Assembly (NCBI RefSeq): GCF_006345805.1
Contig: NC_043004.1
Coordinates: forward strand, 69,254,001-69,318,000
Direction: 5' to 3'
Length of the DNA: 64,000 nucleotides
Source of the DNA: Octopus sinensis
Taxonomy: Eukaryota
Shown here: positions 13,628 to 25,433 of the stretch, piece by piece
How the letters are laid out: every line of letters starts with the position of its first letter
How positions within the stretch are numbered: position 1 is the stretch's first letter
The notes under the pieces: generated by a model
The model's database searches: none
What the model was told of the DNA's origin: nothing
The model's input: only the letters and a program-made list of their open reading frames with translations
Translations under genes and position numbers: made by a program

Positions 13628-14483
13628 TGTGTTCCCATTTTTCGTCTCTTGCCATATATGTCATTTTTGCCTATTCTTTTTGTTACTACTCCGTCTTCCC
13701 AACCTTGTCTTCCATTTTTATACACTTTGAAAAATACCTTGCCACCAATACCAAAAAAACTTTGTTATATTTTTAGTGCTTTCCCTATTTGTTTTTCTCA
13801 CTGGTAGCAGCTTTTCAAAATTTGACTTTATTTTTCGAGCAAACATTAGTTCCGCATGCGACTTGCGTGAAAAAACGCAAGTACTGGCGGAAGAACCATT
13901 CACATTTTTACAAAATTTATTTATAGGGAGGTCCCATAAATTAAAAAGTTCCATCTTATCTGTTTCAAATAAATTTGTTGTATTTTTCAATTCAAATACT
14001 TTGGCTTTCAGGGTTTTTCCACGAAATATAACATCACTTATCACTTCACCCATAAAATGCAATTTTTTTCCTGAAACACCACGCCTAATTTTCGGAATTT
14101 CCTTTAAACTAGGTTTTTCAATTTTTCTCGATGTATCTGTATCAATTATCGTGATATCACTGCCCGTATCCAGTTGTATTTTGATATTAAACATTATTAA
14201 TTTTTATGGACACAAATTTTCTTTTCTGAGCTGTCCTTAGAATTTTTTTTTAACAATACATTCTTTCTAGAATTTTTGTTTTTTTGCTCGACCCTTTTTC
14301 TTGTTTCGTTATACAATGTGAGCTTTTATGCCCGATTTTTCCACAATCAAAGCATTTACGATTTTTAAAAGGACAATTACTTTTAAAATGTAAACCTCTG
14401 CGCCCATAGCATGGATTAGGTCTTGACGTTCGTTTTTCTTTTTTTTTTCTTATCCGTTTCAGGTCAACGTGCAATCTTTCCTT
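13520..14483 (-). mobile_element. Gypsy/Ty3 internal deletion derivative (gag zinc knuckles, protease, integrase C-terminus)
   Basis: CYGRRGLHFKSNC and CFDCGKIGHKSSHC knuckles; IQLDTGSDITII protease; then a jump to ELMFARKIKSNFEKLL and KVYKNGRQGWEDGV. No RT or RNase H. Confidence 0.88.
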
Positions 14484-14917
14484 TCGAATAGTTATGTTGC
14501 TATCCTCCAAAATGACGGTTTCCACTTTATGGATGATGTCGTCATGAATGGCCAAATGTGGTCGTCCAGCAATAGGAGCTGTTTCCACCGATGTCCGACC
14601 ACATTTGAACTGGCGATGCCAGGGCTTGACTACGTCGTATGATGTTGCATCGTCACCATAAACTTCTTTCATCTAATCGAAAGTCTCTTCTGATGTACGA
14701 CCTTTCAAGCATAACAACCTGATCACTGATCTGCCTTCAACTGCCTCCATTATAGTACCTTAGTCTACTTCAGCAGCCGTAAAAGACAAACGAATACTAG
14801 TGGAAAACTGAAATTTACAATGTGACATGTAGAGACATGTATAATTATACATGTACAAGTTCCATTTCCTGCAATAACCGGAAGTGGGTTAGGGGAATCT
14901 TTAATGAACACCCCTCG
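14484..14917 (-). mobile_element. mariner transposon 5' end (TIR plus N-terminal HTH of transposase)
   Basis: Terminus CGAGGGGTGTTCATTAAAG. ATG at 14750 gives MEAVEGRSVIRLLCLKGRTSEETFD*MKEVYGDDATSYDVVKPWHRQFKCGRTSVETAPIAGRP, typical of mariner HTH domains. Confidence 0.9.
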
Positions 14918-15523
14918 CATTGTTAGTTCGTTGGGCTGATGCGTTTTTTAAGGCAAAAGAAAATATATTTTCAACGCCGCTGGTGTAAAAACACCTGAAA
15001 GTAAGTCATAGACAAAGCAAGAAAACTCATCAAATCCCCTTTTTTTTTCGGAGCGACAGAGATTGATGTTGCGTCATTGTTTTGACTCAACAATGCCACA
15101 TATCGAACAGGTTTCGCTACAAGATATCTCACCGGCTATGATTATATTCTCAACGATTTAAGAACGATCTGCTGGCATGTGGCAACATTTCATGGCACGG
15201 AAACAATTCAAATATGAATTGGAAGCAGCGCGAGGTATACAAACAAAATCAAACACACATAGACAAAGACTGTGCATTGTTAGTTCGTTAGGCAGCTGCG
15301 TATATTAGGCGCGAGAGAATATATTCTCTATGCTGTTGACGTAAAAATACCTGGAAATAAGTCATAGACAAGCGAGACAACTCACATCAAATCCCTTTTT
15401 TTTTTGTTTCGGAGCGACAGACATCGATGTTTCGCCATTGTTTCAATTATCAATGCCACATACTGAACAGGGTTCGCTGAAAGCTATCTTGCCGGCTATG
15501 ACTATACGCTCAATATTAAGAAC
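14918..15523 (+). repeat. Diverged direct duplication, two units of about 250 bp (14918-15165 and 15275-15523)
   Basis: Co-linear shared blocks CATTGTTAGTTCGTT, AAGTCATAGACAA, TCAAATCCC(T)n, CGGAGCGACAGA, CAATGCCACATA, CCGGCTATGA, TAAGAAC. Confidence 0.85.
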
Positions 15524-15843
15524 ATACATACATACATACACCCCCATATATATAAATATATAGGTATATATATATATATATTATATATATATATTATATA
15601 TAGATTTATATATATATATATATATATATAACGGGAAGCTTTATGAAAATAGACAAAAGACGAAGGCAGGGTTTACGGAAATAAAACAAAAGACGAAGGC
15701 AGGTGATATATATATAATATATATATATGTTAGAGAGAGAGAGAGAAGGAGAGAAAGGAAGAGGAGGGAGAGAGAGATAGATAGATAGACAGACGGACAG
15801 ACAGACAGACAGACAGAAGACAGATAGATAGATAGATAGATAG

Positions 15844-15901
<58 letters not shown>

Positions 15902-15974
15902 TGATGGACTGTCTCGTTGAAGACGACGCACGAGCATTCAGTTTATGCCGAGCGACCTGTGCAAGTGATTTATT

Positions 15975-16140
15975 TGTAGTGACCAGATGTAGTGACCATC
16001 AAATCGACGGTTGTCCGAACAGGTGCCGTCAGGTGTCGTGTGATCGCAGAGCAACGAGAGATGAAGTGTTGTGCACAAGGACACAACACCACACCTCCAG
16101 GTCAAGAAGTTAAATCACGATGGCTAGATCACCCTAACTA
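15975..16140 (-). mobile_element. SINE family C (CORE-like) head, degenerate
   Basis: GATGAAGTGTT....CAAG.ACACAAC is the reverse complement of the family C core; a similar copy lies at 21760-21945(-). Confidence 0.6.
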
Positions 16141-16149
16141 CAAAGTAAT

Positions 16150-16453
16150 GTAACATCCCATATATAGAGTGACCGCGTGTGTACCGTTGGCGATTGTGTT
16201 TTTTTGTGCTTTCTTGATTGGATTAACTTTATATGTATATATATATGTATATATGACCTCATGTGTACCGTTGGCAATTTTTTTCCTCTGTCTTCCCTTC
16301 TCTGGATCTTTCCTACCTCTATGTTTCCGACGAAGAGCTCCGCTCGAAACGTTAAACCTCCTTCTTTCCTTCTTTCCTGAGCGTCCATAATACTATATTT
16401 GTTCCACGTCCTCGCGTTGTTGTGTTTTTTTTGTGTTTCTTTTGGATTAACTT
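16150..16453 (+). mobile_element. Short Penelope/retrozyme-like element, family H1 (deleted copy plus full copy in tandem)
   Basis: Head GACC..GTGTGTACCGTTGGC and tail TTGGATTAACTTT each occur twice; homologous to 39690-39903. Confidence 0.75.
16323..16357 (+). ncRNA. Minimal type I hammerhead ribozyme motif, probably inactive (U4->C)
   Basis: GTTT-CCGACGA-A-GAGC tcc GCTC-GAAAC-GTT-AAAC: stem I 4 bp, stem II 4 bp, palindromic ACGU stem III. Confidence 0.7.
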
Positions 16454-16479
16454 TATATATATATATATATATATACTTC

Positions 16480-16689
16480 TACTCTCTTTACTCTTTTACT
16501 TGTTTCAGTCATTGATGCGGCCACCGCCTTTAATCGAGCAACTCGACCCCGGGACTTATTCTTTTGTAAGCCCAGTACTTATTCTATCGGTCTATTCTGT
16601 CGAACCGCTGAGTAACGGCGACATAAACACACCAGCATCGGTTGTCAAGCAATGCCAGGGGGACAAACACAGACACTCAAACACACACA

Positions 16690-16726
<37 letters not shown>

Positions 16727-16760
16727 CATATATACGACAGGCTTCTTTCAGTTTCCGTCT
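16480..16760 (-). mobile_element. SINE family A, tail and middle
   Basis: Reverse complement of the family A tail. Confidence 0.88.
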
Positions 16761-16888
16761 ATATATATATGTATTATGTATGTATGTATATATATTATAA
16801 TTTATATATGGTATATATATATATGTATTTATATATATACAGTCAGGGTGAAAGTGATTGAATGTGAGTGTATATGTATGTATATACA

Positions 16889-16988
16889 NNNNNNNNNNNN
16901 NNNNNNNNNNNNNNNNNNNNNNNNNNNNNNNNNNNNNNNNNNNNNNNNNNNNNNNNNNNNNNNNNNNNNNNNNNNNNNNNNNNNNNNN
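16889..16988. other. Assembly gap (100 N)
   Basis: Run of n. Confidence 1.
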
Positions 16989-17114
16989 AACCAAAGAGCA
17001 TCCCAACCGATTCCCTATCTCAGATCGATGCCTCATCTATTGGTCCCATCCTTGGAAGGATGGAGATGAAAATTGAGCATAGTGAGAAGAGAAATCTGAA
17101 GGCAAGAAGTCGGC

Positions 17115-18290
17115 ATCACCATCACCATCATCATCACCAGCATTAGCACTACCACCACTACCACCACCATCACCACCACTACTACCATCACCATCACCAC
17201 TGTCACAGCTACCACCACCACTACAACTACTACTACCACCACCACCACCATTACCACCAGTACCACCATCACCACAACTAGCACCACTATCATTACTACC
17301 ACCACCATCACCACCACAACCATAACCATCACCACCCCCACTTCCATCACTACCACCACCACCATCACCACCACAATCACTACCACCACCACCACCAACG
17401 CTATCACCACAATTACCACCACCACCATCGTCACTTCCACCAACACTACCATCACTTCACCAGCAGCAACAACAACACGAGAACTGTCACCTTTATGAGC
17501 ACTAACTACCACCATTTGTGTGTGTGTGTGTAGTTGGCATAGGTATGTGAATGGTCATCAGGTAAAAGCTGCTTTCGTAATTAGTAAAAAACAGAAAAAA
17601 GGGTTAGTAGGTGTTTAGGTCAAAGGTATTTTAGTGCAATGGAGGGGAGGAGGGGGGGAGGAAGTGGTGGTGGTGCTGGTGGTGCTGGTGGTTGCAGTGG
17701 CGGTGGTAGTGGTGGCGCTGGTGGTGTTGGTGGTGGAGGAGGAGAGGGGGAAGATGAGGAGAAGCAGGAGGACTTCCTAATAAGATCTCAGTCATGCTGG
17801 ATTGACTATGAGAAGAATTTTGGTGATGGCGGAGGAAGGGGTTGGTTTCTCTGGAAGACATTGTGAAGGGATGAGTATTGGACCCAAACAATGATGAATA
17901 CACAATGACATTGGAGGCAGTGGTGTGGTGCTGGTGGGGGTGGGGGGGGGAGGTTATAGCAATGGAAGTGGGGAAGATGGTTGCAGTGAAGGTGGTGGTG
18001 GTGGTGGTGGTGGTGGGTTTCTAGCGATGTTTATGGTGGAGATGATTAAGGTGAAGGTGGTCGTGGTGGTTGATATCGTGATGGTGGTGGCAGTGGTAGT
18101 GGTAGCGGTAGTACTGGTGGTGGTTTTGGTGGTTTTGGCTGTAGTGGTGGTTATGGTGATGACATTGGCAGTGGTGGAAGCAGTGGAGAAGGTGGATGAT
18201 GGCTGTGACAATGGTAACAATGACAGTAGTGGTGGTGGTGGCGGCGGTGGTGGTGGTTGCAGTGTTATTAGTACTATAACTTACCATTAT
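17115..18290. repeat. Degenerate (ACC)n tract followed by (GGT)n tracts
   Basis: Direct inspection; source of the poly-Val/Thr/His/Gly ORFs. Confidence 0.9.
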
Positions 18291-18679
18291 CATTATGGCA
18301 TGCAAGAATAAATGAAGTGTAAACTACCAAATGGCTTTAGAACAGGAATGAGAACTCTTGAAGGATTATTCATTCCTTGTTTCATTTTTCTAAAGAGCTA
18401 TTTCGCTGAACCAGTTACTTACAAGAATGTAAACAAACCAACACTGGTTGCCAAGCAAGATATTTAAAAATAAAATTCTGTACAAGTAAGTTTCAGATGG
18501 TGTAGCTTCTGTTGACAAAAAGTGAGTAACCCTATCATGGACTTGCATCTCATCCAGGTGGGGAATATATACGTCACAGGAAGCAGGAGACTGGTTTTAT
18601 AAGCCTGTTGCTCCAGAAGGGAGCTTTATCAGTTTTAACTTTGCTTCTTCATAACTTTGTGAAAATTGGATAGTTTTAA

Positions 18680-18899
18680 CCCTTTAACATTGAAACTGAC
18701 CATATCAGGCCCAAATTCTCTATCTGTTTTATGTTCAAACTAACCAGATCCAACCTCTCACACCTATCCAACAATGTCATTCTAAAAATATACAATCACT
18801 TCATTGAAATTTCAAAGCTATGAGATAGTGCATGATTAATTCAAAATGATGTGAATAAATAAGCATTACATTTGACAGAGTAATCTGAATGCTAAAGGG
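18680..18899. mobile_element. piggyBac-type MITE, 220 bp
   Basis: TTAA|CCCTTTAACATT ... AATGCTAAAGGG|TTGA: 11/12 TIR match, CCC termini, TTAA-type target. Confidence 0.8.
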
Positions 18900-18915
18900 T
18901 TGAATAAAATTTTAT

Positions 18916-19099
18916 AGGTGCAGGAGTGGCTGTGTGGTAAGTAGCTTGCTTACCAACCACATGGTCCTGGCTGGGTTCAGTCCCACTGCATGGCATCTTT
19001 GGCAAGTGTCTTCTACTATAGCCTCGGGCCGACCAAAGCCTTCTGAGTGGATTTGATAGATGGAAACTGGAAGAAGCCCGTCGTATATGCATATATATA

Positions 19100-19132
<33 letters not shown>

Positions 19133-19330
19133 TTGTCCCCCCAACATCACTTTACAACCGGTGCTGGTGTGTTTATGTCCTTGTAACTTAGCGGTTCGGT
19201 AAAAGAGACTGACAGAATAAGTACTAGGCTTACAAAGAATAGACTCTGGAGTTGATTTGCTTGACTATAAACGTGGTGCTCCAGCATGGTCACAGTCAAA
19301 TGACTGAAACAAGTAAAAGAGTAAAAGAGT
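18916..19330 (+). mobile_element. SINE family A, full length
   Basis: GGTGCAGGAGTGGCTGTGTGG head to GTAAAAGAGTAAAAGAGTA tail. Confidence 0.95.
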
Positions 19331-19489
19331 AACAAACAAGTTTCTGATGATGCAGAGTGGGATTAGAAAATTGATATGCAAAAACAAAAATAGGGGCTGG
19401 ATAATTCACATCCCTTAACTTTGTTTTGTCATGTTTTGATGAAGTGCATCAATAATCTCAAAGACCACCTCTAATTATTTTTCCACATC

Positions 19490-19544
<55 letters not shown>

Positions 19545-19546
<2 letters not shown>

Positions 19547-19780
19547 AGTGTGTGTGTTTGTGTATCTTTATGTCAGTGTTTGTACCCACCCACACACTCC
19601 TGCTTGATAACTGGTACTGGTTTCTTTACATCCCATAACTTACTGGTCTGGCAAAAGAAACCAATAGAATAAGTACTAGATTTTTAAAAAATAAGTTCTG
19701 GAGTTGATTTATTTGACTAAAATTCCTCAAGGCAGTGCCCCAGTATGGTCACAAGCTAATGGCTGAAACAAGTAAAAGGT
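19545..19780 (+). mobile_element. SINE family A, tail half
   Basis: Tail motifs only, starting in (TG)n. Confidence 0.8.
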
Positions 19781-20029
19781 AATTACAATCTTCAATCTCT
19801 GAAACATACTTCTTGAAAATCTTATTTAAAAATATCCACTTTTCAGAAAGTTATGAGGAAACAAAGTCATTGAGTGGTAACATACACATATGTCATTATG
19901 CCACCGATGGAAAGTATGAACAAGTGATAATTCCTTTATTATCTTTTGAAAGAGAGAATCTACAGAGTAAAGGACAAAGGAATGGCCAACAGAATAGACA
20001 AAAGTAATGTAAAGAAAATAAAATATTTT

Positions 20030-20600
20030 TTATCTTTTTTTTCACTTGTTTTAGTCATTGGACTGTGGCCATGCTGGGGCACGACCTAGAAAGGGATTTA
20101 GTTGAGTAAATCAACTCTGATACTTTTTTTTGTCTTAAAACCTGGTACTTATTTTATCAGTCTCTAATGGCCAAAGTGCTAAGTTACAGGGATGTAAAGA
20201 AACCGACACTTGTTGTCAAGTGGTGGTGGTGGGAGACAAACACAAACACACACACACACAACATATATATATACAACAGTTTCTATCTACCAAATCTTGA
20301 CTTGACAGCATTCACCCAAGGTGGGTTGAGTGGCTTCATTCATCCTCAATGCTGCATCTCTCACAAACACCAACCAGACCTGGCGATTTGAGGCTAACGA
20401 CCACGTGATCTCCAACCACTCCTTATTCCAGCGGTGAACACCGTAGATATGGGGGCCTAGGTTGGGTTCCAGATCAGCCTTGACTGATCTACCAAATCTA
20501 TGTACAATTCTATAGCAGAAGACATTTGCCCAAGGTGCCATGCAGTAGGACTGAACCCAGAACCTTGTGGTTAGGAAGTAAATGTCTTACTACACAGACA
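20030..20600 (-). mobile_element. SINE family A, interrupted by an RTE fragment
   Basis: Tail at 20030-20260 and head at 20490-20600. Confidence 0.8.
20298..20486 (-). mobile_element. 189-bp 3' end of an RTE-clade LINE with a 13-bp TSD
   Basis: ATCTACCAAATCT at 20285-20297 and 20487-20499; reads VKADLEPNLGPHIYGVHRWNKEW...ASNRQVW..FVRDA; ends in CAAGTCAAG. Confidence 0.85.
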
Positions 20601-20890
20601 TTTCAGAATCTAAAATTAGGAAAGGCGTCAAGCAAGGCTGTGTACTATTCTCTGGCTTATTTAACCTTTGCACTGATGAAATGTTTGGACAAATAGAAGA
20701 CATGCTAAGGACGCCAACAGAATAGTTAATAGTGCATTATCAACTTTCAAATGAACTGACCTATAAAGCCTTGTAATTGTCAAAGAAATGTTCTGTAGAA
20801 TAGAAATGAATGTAAAGAAAATAAAATCAATGGTAAGCAACATGAAACAAGTCACCAAGTCACCATAAATGAATATTACAACTAAGGGAA
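20600..20890 (+). mobile_element. Decayed RTE LINE reverse transcriptase fragment
   Basis: KIRKGVKQGCVLFSGLFNL (GVRQGCVLSPxLFN motif) and MNVKKIKSMV. Confidence 0.75.
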
Positions 20891-20911
20891 AGTGAATTAA
20901 ACAAACACTCG

Positions 20912-21268
20912 TGGCATCCATCGGTTACGATGACAAGGGTTCCAGTTGATCTGATCAACGGAACAGCCTGCTCATGAACTTAATGTGCAAATGGCAGAGC
21001 ACTCCACAGACACGTGTACCCTTAACGTAATTCTCGGGGATATTCAGCGTGACACAGTGTGTGACAAGGCTGGCCCTTTGAAATACCGGTATAACAGAAA
21101 CAGGAAGAAAGAGTAAGAGAAAGTTGTGGTGAAAGAGTACTGCAGGGTTCACCAGCACCCCTGCTGGAGCCTCATGGAGCTTTAAATGTTTTCACTCAAT
21201 AAACACTCACAACGCTCAGTCTGGGAATCGAAACCGCGAGACCACTGCCCTAACCATTGCACCTCCAC
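20912..21268 (-). mobile_element. tRNA-derived SINE, family D
   Basis: Reverse complement starts GTGGAGGTGCAATGGTTAGGGCAG..GGTTTCGATTCCC; head shared with 36700-36893. Confidence 0.8.
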
Positions 21269-22136
21269 AAACAAACAATAAAAATGATAATACCACAGAA
21301 AGACAAATTGGAATATGCAGAATAAGAGGAGATGTGTGGAATAGTGAGTCACTGATGAGGTCACAGGATGTGTGATGAAAAAGCTTTGAGAAAGAAACTA
21401 AAATAATAATAATAAAGCTGAAATGAAGATGAAATATATAGTGCATGTGTTTAATTAGCAAAATATGACCACCACCAAGTATAACAAACATAATAAAGAT
21501 TGGATGGATATATATAGAATCAGAAAATAGAAAGTGTGAAGCAAGAATGATAAGCTGGATTAAGGGAGCTAGAAAAGTAGTTTAAAATTATCTTTTATCT
21601 CTTATCTTTTATCTTATACATGTTTCAGTCATTGGACTGTGGCCATGCTGGGGCACTGCCTTGAAGGGTTTTGTCAAACAAATCAACCCAAGAACTTATA
21701 TTTCATTTAAGGTTGTCACTTATTCTGTCAGTCTCTTGTAAGTGCTGTATATTAGCTCACTCCCTCCATTCAATCAACGTTACCTGAACAGGTGCACTGT
21801 GTACCACATGCCAGGTGTGGAAGTGATCACAGAACAATGTGAGATGAAGTGTTCTCTTTAAGAGCACAATACACCACCTGGTCTTGGAATTGAAACCATG
21901 ATCTTGCAATCATGAATGCAACACTCTAACTACTAGACCATGTGTCTATATATTACACAAAAAAATTCTTTTTCTTCTCTCTCTCTCTCTCCTATATATA
22001 TATATATATCATCATCATCGTTTAGCATCCGCTTTCCATGCTACCATGGTTGGGACCTATATATATATATATATATATATATAGATATATATATCTATAT
22101 ATATATATGTATGTATGATGTATTAATAATATAATA

Positions 22137-22287
<151 letters not shown>

Positions 22288-22677
22288 CATATATATATAT
22301 TATATATACATATATATATATATAATATATATATATATATAGAGGCATGTTGTTGCAAACAGGAAAAGTGGAACTCAAAATACGAGTATACATACATTTA
22401 TATTAATATTTAGCAGAATTAACAGAGTGTCTCAAGCTGCAAGAGTCTCATGTGCTTGATAAGTGTCACTACATGAAACTCTCAGACCTTGAGTGACTCT
22501 GATATGCCAGCTAAATATTAACACGTGTGTGTGTGTGTGTGTGTGTGTAAGATTCAAGGATCGAGGTGTAGGAAGAAGGTTAGCTTCAAGCAGACCATAG
22601 AAAATAAAAAAACAACTTTCAGGAACAATAATGCTTTATTGAAGTGGGAGGTTGTGGATGTATTCAATATTAAAGAA

Positions 22678-23090
22678 TAGGCACAGGAGTGGTTGTGTGG
22701 TAAGTAGCTTGCTAACCAACCACATGGTTCAGTCCCATTGCATGGAACCTTGAGCAAGTGTCTTCTACTATAGCCTTGGCCTGACAAAAAGCCTCGTGAG
22801 TGGATTTGGTAGATGGAAACTGAAAGAAGCTCGTCGTATATATGTATATATATGTATGAGTATGTATATGTTTGTGTGCTTGTGTTTGTCCCTCCAACAT
22901 CGCTTGACAACCGATGCTGGTGTGTTTATGTCCCCGTAACTTAGTGGTTTGGCAAAAGAGACTGATAGAATAAGTACTAGGCTTACAAAGAATAAGTCCT
23001 GGGGTTGATTTGCTTGACTAAAGGCAGTGCTCCAGCATGGCCACAATCAAATGACTGAAACAAGTAAAAGAGTAAAGAGTAAAAAGAGTA
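22678..23090 (+). mobile_element. SINE family A, full length
   Basis: Head, core, (TA)n and tail. Confidence 0.95.
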
Positions 23091-23168
23091 TTAAAGTATG
23101 GTAAGCTGAAAAAACTGTTTTATAGTTCACAGCAGGCAGCCAGGGTTGCCAGGTATGTGAACAAAATA

Positions 23169-23562
23169 CAAGAGTTAAGGAATGAAGCAGATAATATCTG
23201 GGCCACATATATTTCATAGTGAGTGGAACCTCAGAAGTAGTAAATATCTAAGTGAGATGTATACTGCAGGCTCCCTCAGGCCAAGGGTATCTTGATTAAA
23301 TGAAGTTTACATTGTCGTAAAGAGGTACATGTCAACACACAGGTGGTTCGATCATGCCCTAATCGAATCAGATTCTAATCAAATTGCCCGCATGTTGACA
23401 TGTATCTCCTTACAACAATGTAAACTTTATTTAATCAAGATGCACTTGACCTGAAGAGTGGCCTGCGGTATACACTTCGCTTGGGTATTTACCACTTCTG
23501 AGGTCCCATCACTATGGAACATATGTAGCCCAAATATTATCTACTCCATTCCTTAACTCTTG
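23169..23562. mobile_element. Fold-back MITE of Tc1/mariner type, 394 bp
   Basis: TA|CAAGAGTTAAGG ... CCTTAACTCTTG|TA; inverted arms of about 168 bp (roughly 80% identical by eye) around a loop of about 55 bp. Confidence 0.88.
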
Positions 23563-23765
23563 TATGTATATATATATACAGATATATATATACTATATAT
23601 ATATATATATATATAGATATATATATATATACATATATACATATATATATACATATATACATATATATACATATATATATACATATACATAATATATATA
23701 ACCTATATATACATAATCTATACATATATACATATATATACACATATATACATATATATACACAT

Positions 23766-24290
23766 TTAGTCTTGACTATTTTCTCTTTTCCACTAGGCCG
23801 CTGGGTAGCGATAAATTTTACTGAATTTTTGCTACCCTAAATTGGATTAAGATAATTTTGCTAATCTGAGATTGAATCGGCAGTTTATATTTGCTGCCGA
23901 TAATTTGGCGCGATGCGTGGTCTTGAAAATTTTAAGACAGAATTCCCGAGGCATGATACAGTCGCCTCGTGTATATTCGTCTCTCCAGGTTTCTTTATGA
24001 TGAATTGTGACTATGTAGATAGCTTAATTTAATTTAATTAAGCTGGTCTATCATCAAAACACCGAAACGATGCACGTATAAAGATGAATTAGGGTAAACG
24101 TTTTTAATTTTCACCTTATTTCCGAATTGCATACTTGGCGGTTTGAGTTCTGGCTGCTCTTTCTTGTGGACGAATGGCCTGTTTAGGCCATTCCTAAATT
24201 GTTATATATATATTAGTCTTTGCTCTTTTCTCTTTTCCACTAGCGCTGGTAGCGATAATTTTTACTGCATTTTTTGCTACCCTACATTGA
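23766..24290 (+). repeat. Unique segment bounded by direct repeats of about 80 bp, with a 9-bp hairpin
   Basis: TTAGTCTT..TTCTCTTTTCCACTAG..GGTAGCGATAA.TTTTACTG.ATTTTT.GCTACCCTA at 23766-23845 and 24213-24290; hairpin GAATGGCCT-GTTT-AGGCCATTC at 24172-24193. Confidence 0.7.
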
Positions 24291-24771
24291 GTAATTGAAA
24301 CACATATATTCACAATACATATATATACATAGATATAAAATATAAACATTATATATATTATACATATATATACATATATATATACATATATATACATTAA
24401 TATATACAATATATACATATATAATACATTATATACATATATATACATATATATATACATATATACATACATATATATGTACATATATATACATATATAT
24501 ACATATATATATAAATAGATATATATATAACATATATATATTATATACATATATGTACATACATACATATATACATACATATAATACATATATATACATA
24601 TAATACATATATATACATACATATACATACATAAAATATACATACATATACATAATATACATATACATATAATACATACATATACATACAAATACATACA
24701 TATATATATATATACATATACATATACATATACATATATATATATATAATATAGATCATATATAATTATAT

Positions 24772-25022
24772 CGGTGGCACCTCGTGCCGGTGGCACGTAA
24801 AAAGCACTATCCGATCGTGGCCGTTTGCCAGCTTCGTCTGGCAAGTAAAAGCACCCACTACACTCACGGAGTGGTTGGCATTAGAAAGGGTATCCAGCTG
24901 TAGAAACACTGCCACATCAGACTGGACCTGGTGCAGCCTTCTGGCTTCCCAGACCCCAGTTGAACCGTCCAACCCATGCTAGAATGGGAAGCGGACGTTA
25001 AACGATGATGATGATGATGATG
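24772..25022 (+). mobile_element. SINE 3' part with an RTE-type tail
   Basis: GAGTGGTTGGCATTAGAAAGGGTATCCAGCTGTAGAAAC ... CCATGCTAGAATGGGAAGCGGACGTTAAAC(GAT)n; a reverse tail fragment lies at about 22010-22056. Confidence 0.75.
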
Positions 25023-25069
25023 ATTACATATATATATATAATTATATATATTATATATATATATATATA

Positions 25070-25300
25070 TATACTCTTACTCTCTTTTACTTGTTTCAGT
25101 CATTTGACTGCGTCCATGCCGGAGCACTGCTTTAGTCGAGCAAATCGACCCCAGGACTTATATTTTGTAGCTAGTACTTATTCTATCGGTTCTTTTGCCA
25201 AACCGCTAAGTTACGGGGACATAAACACCAGCATCGGTTGTCAAGCGATGTGGGGGGAAGAAACACAGACACACAAACACACACACACACACACACACTA
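25070..25300 (-). mobile_element. SINE family A, tail half
   Basis: Reverse complement of the tail. Confidence 0.88.
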
Positions 25301-25324
25301 CACACACACACACACACACACACC

Positions 25325-25392
<68 letters not shown>

Positions 25393-25433
25393 ACAAGTGG
25401 TGTGTGTGGGTACCGCACGAGTGGAATTATATA

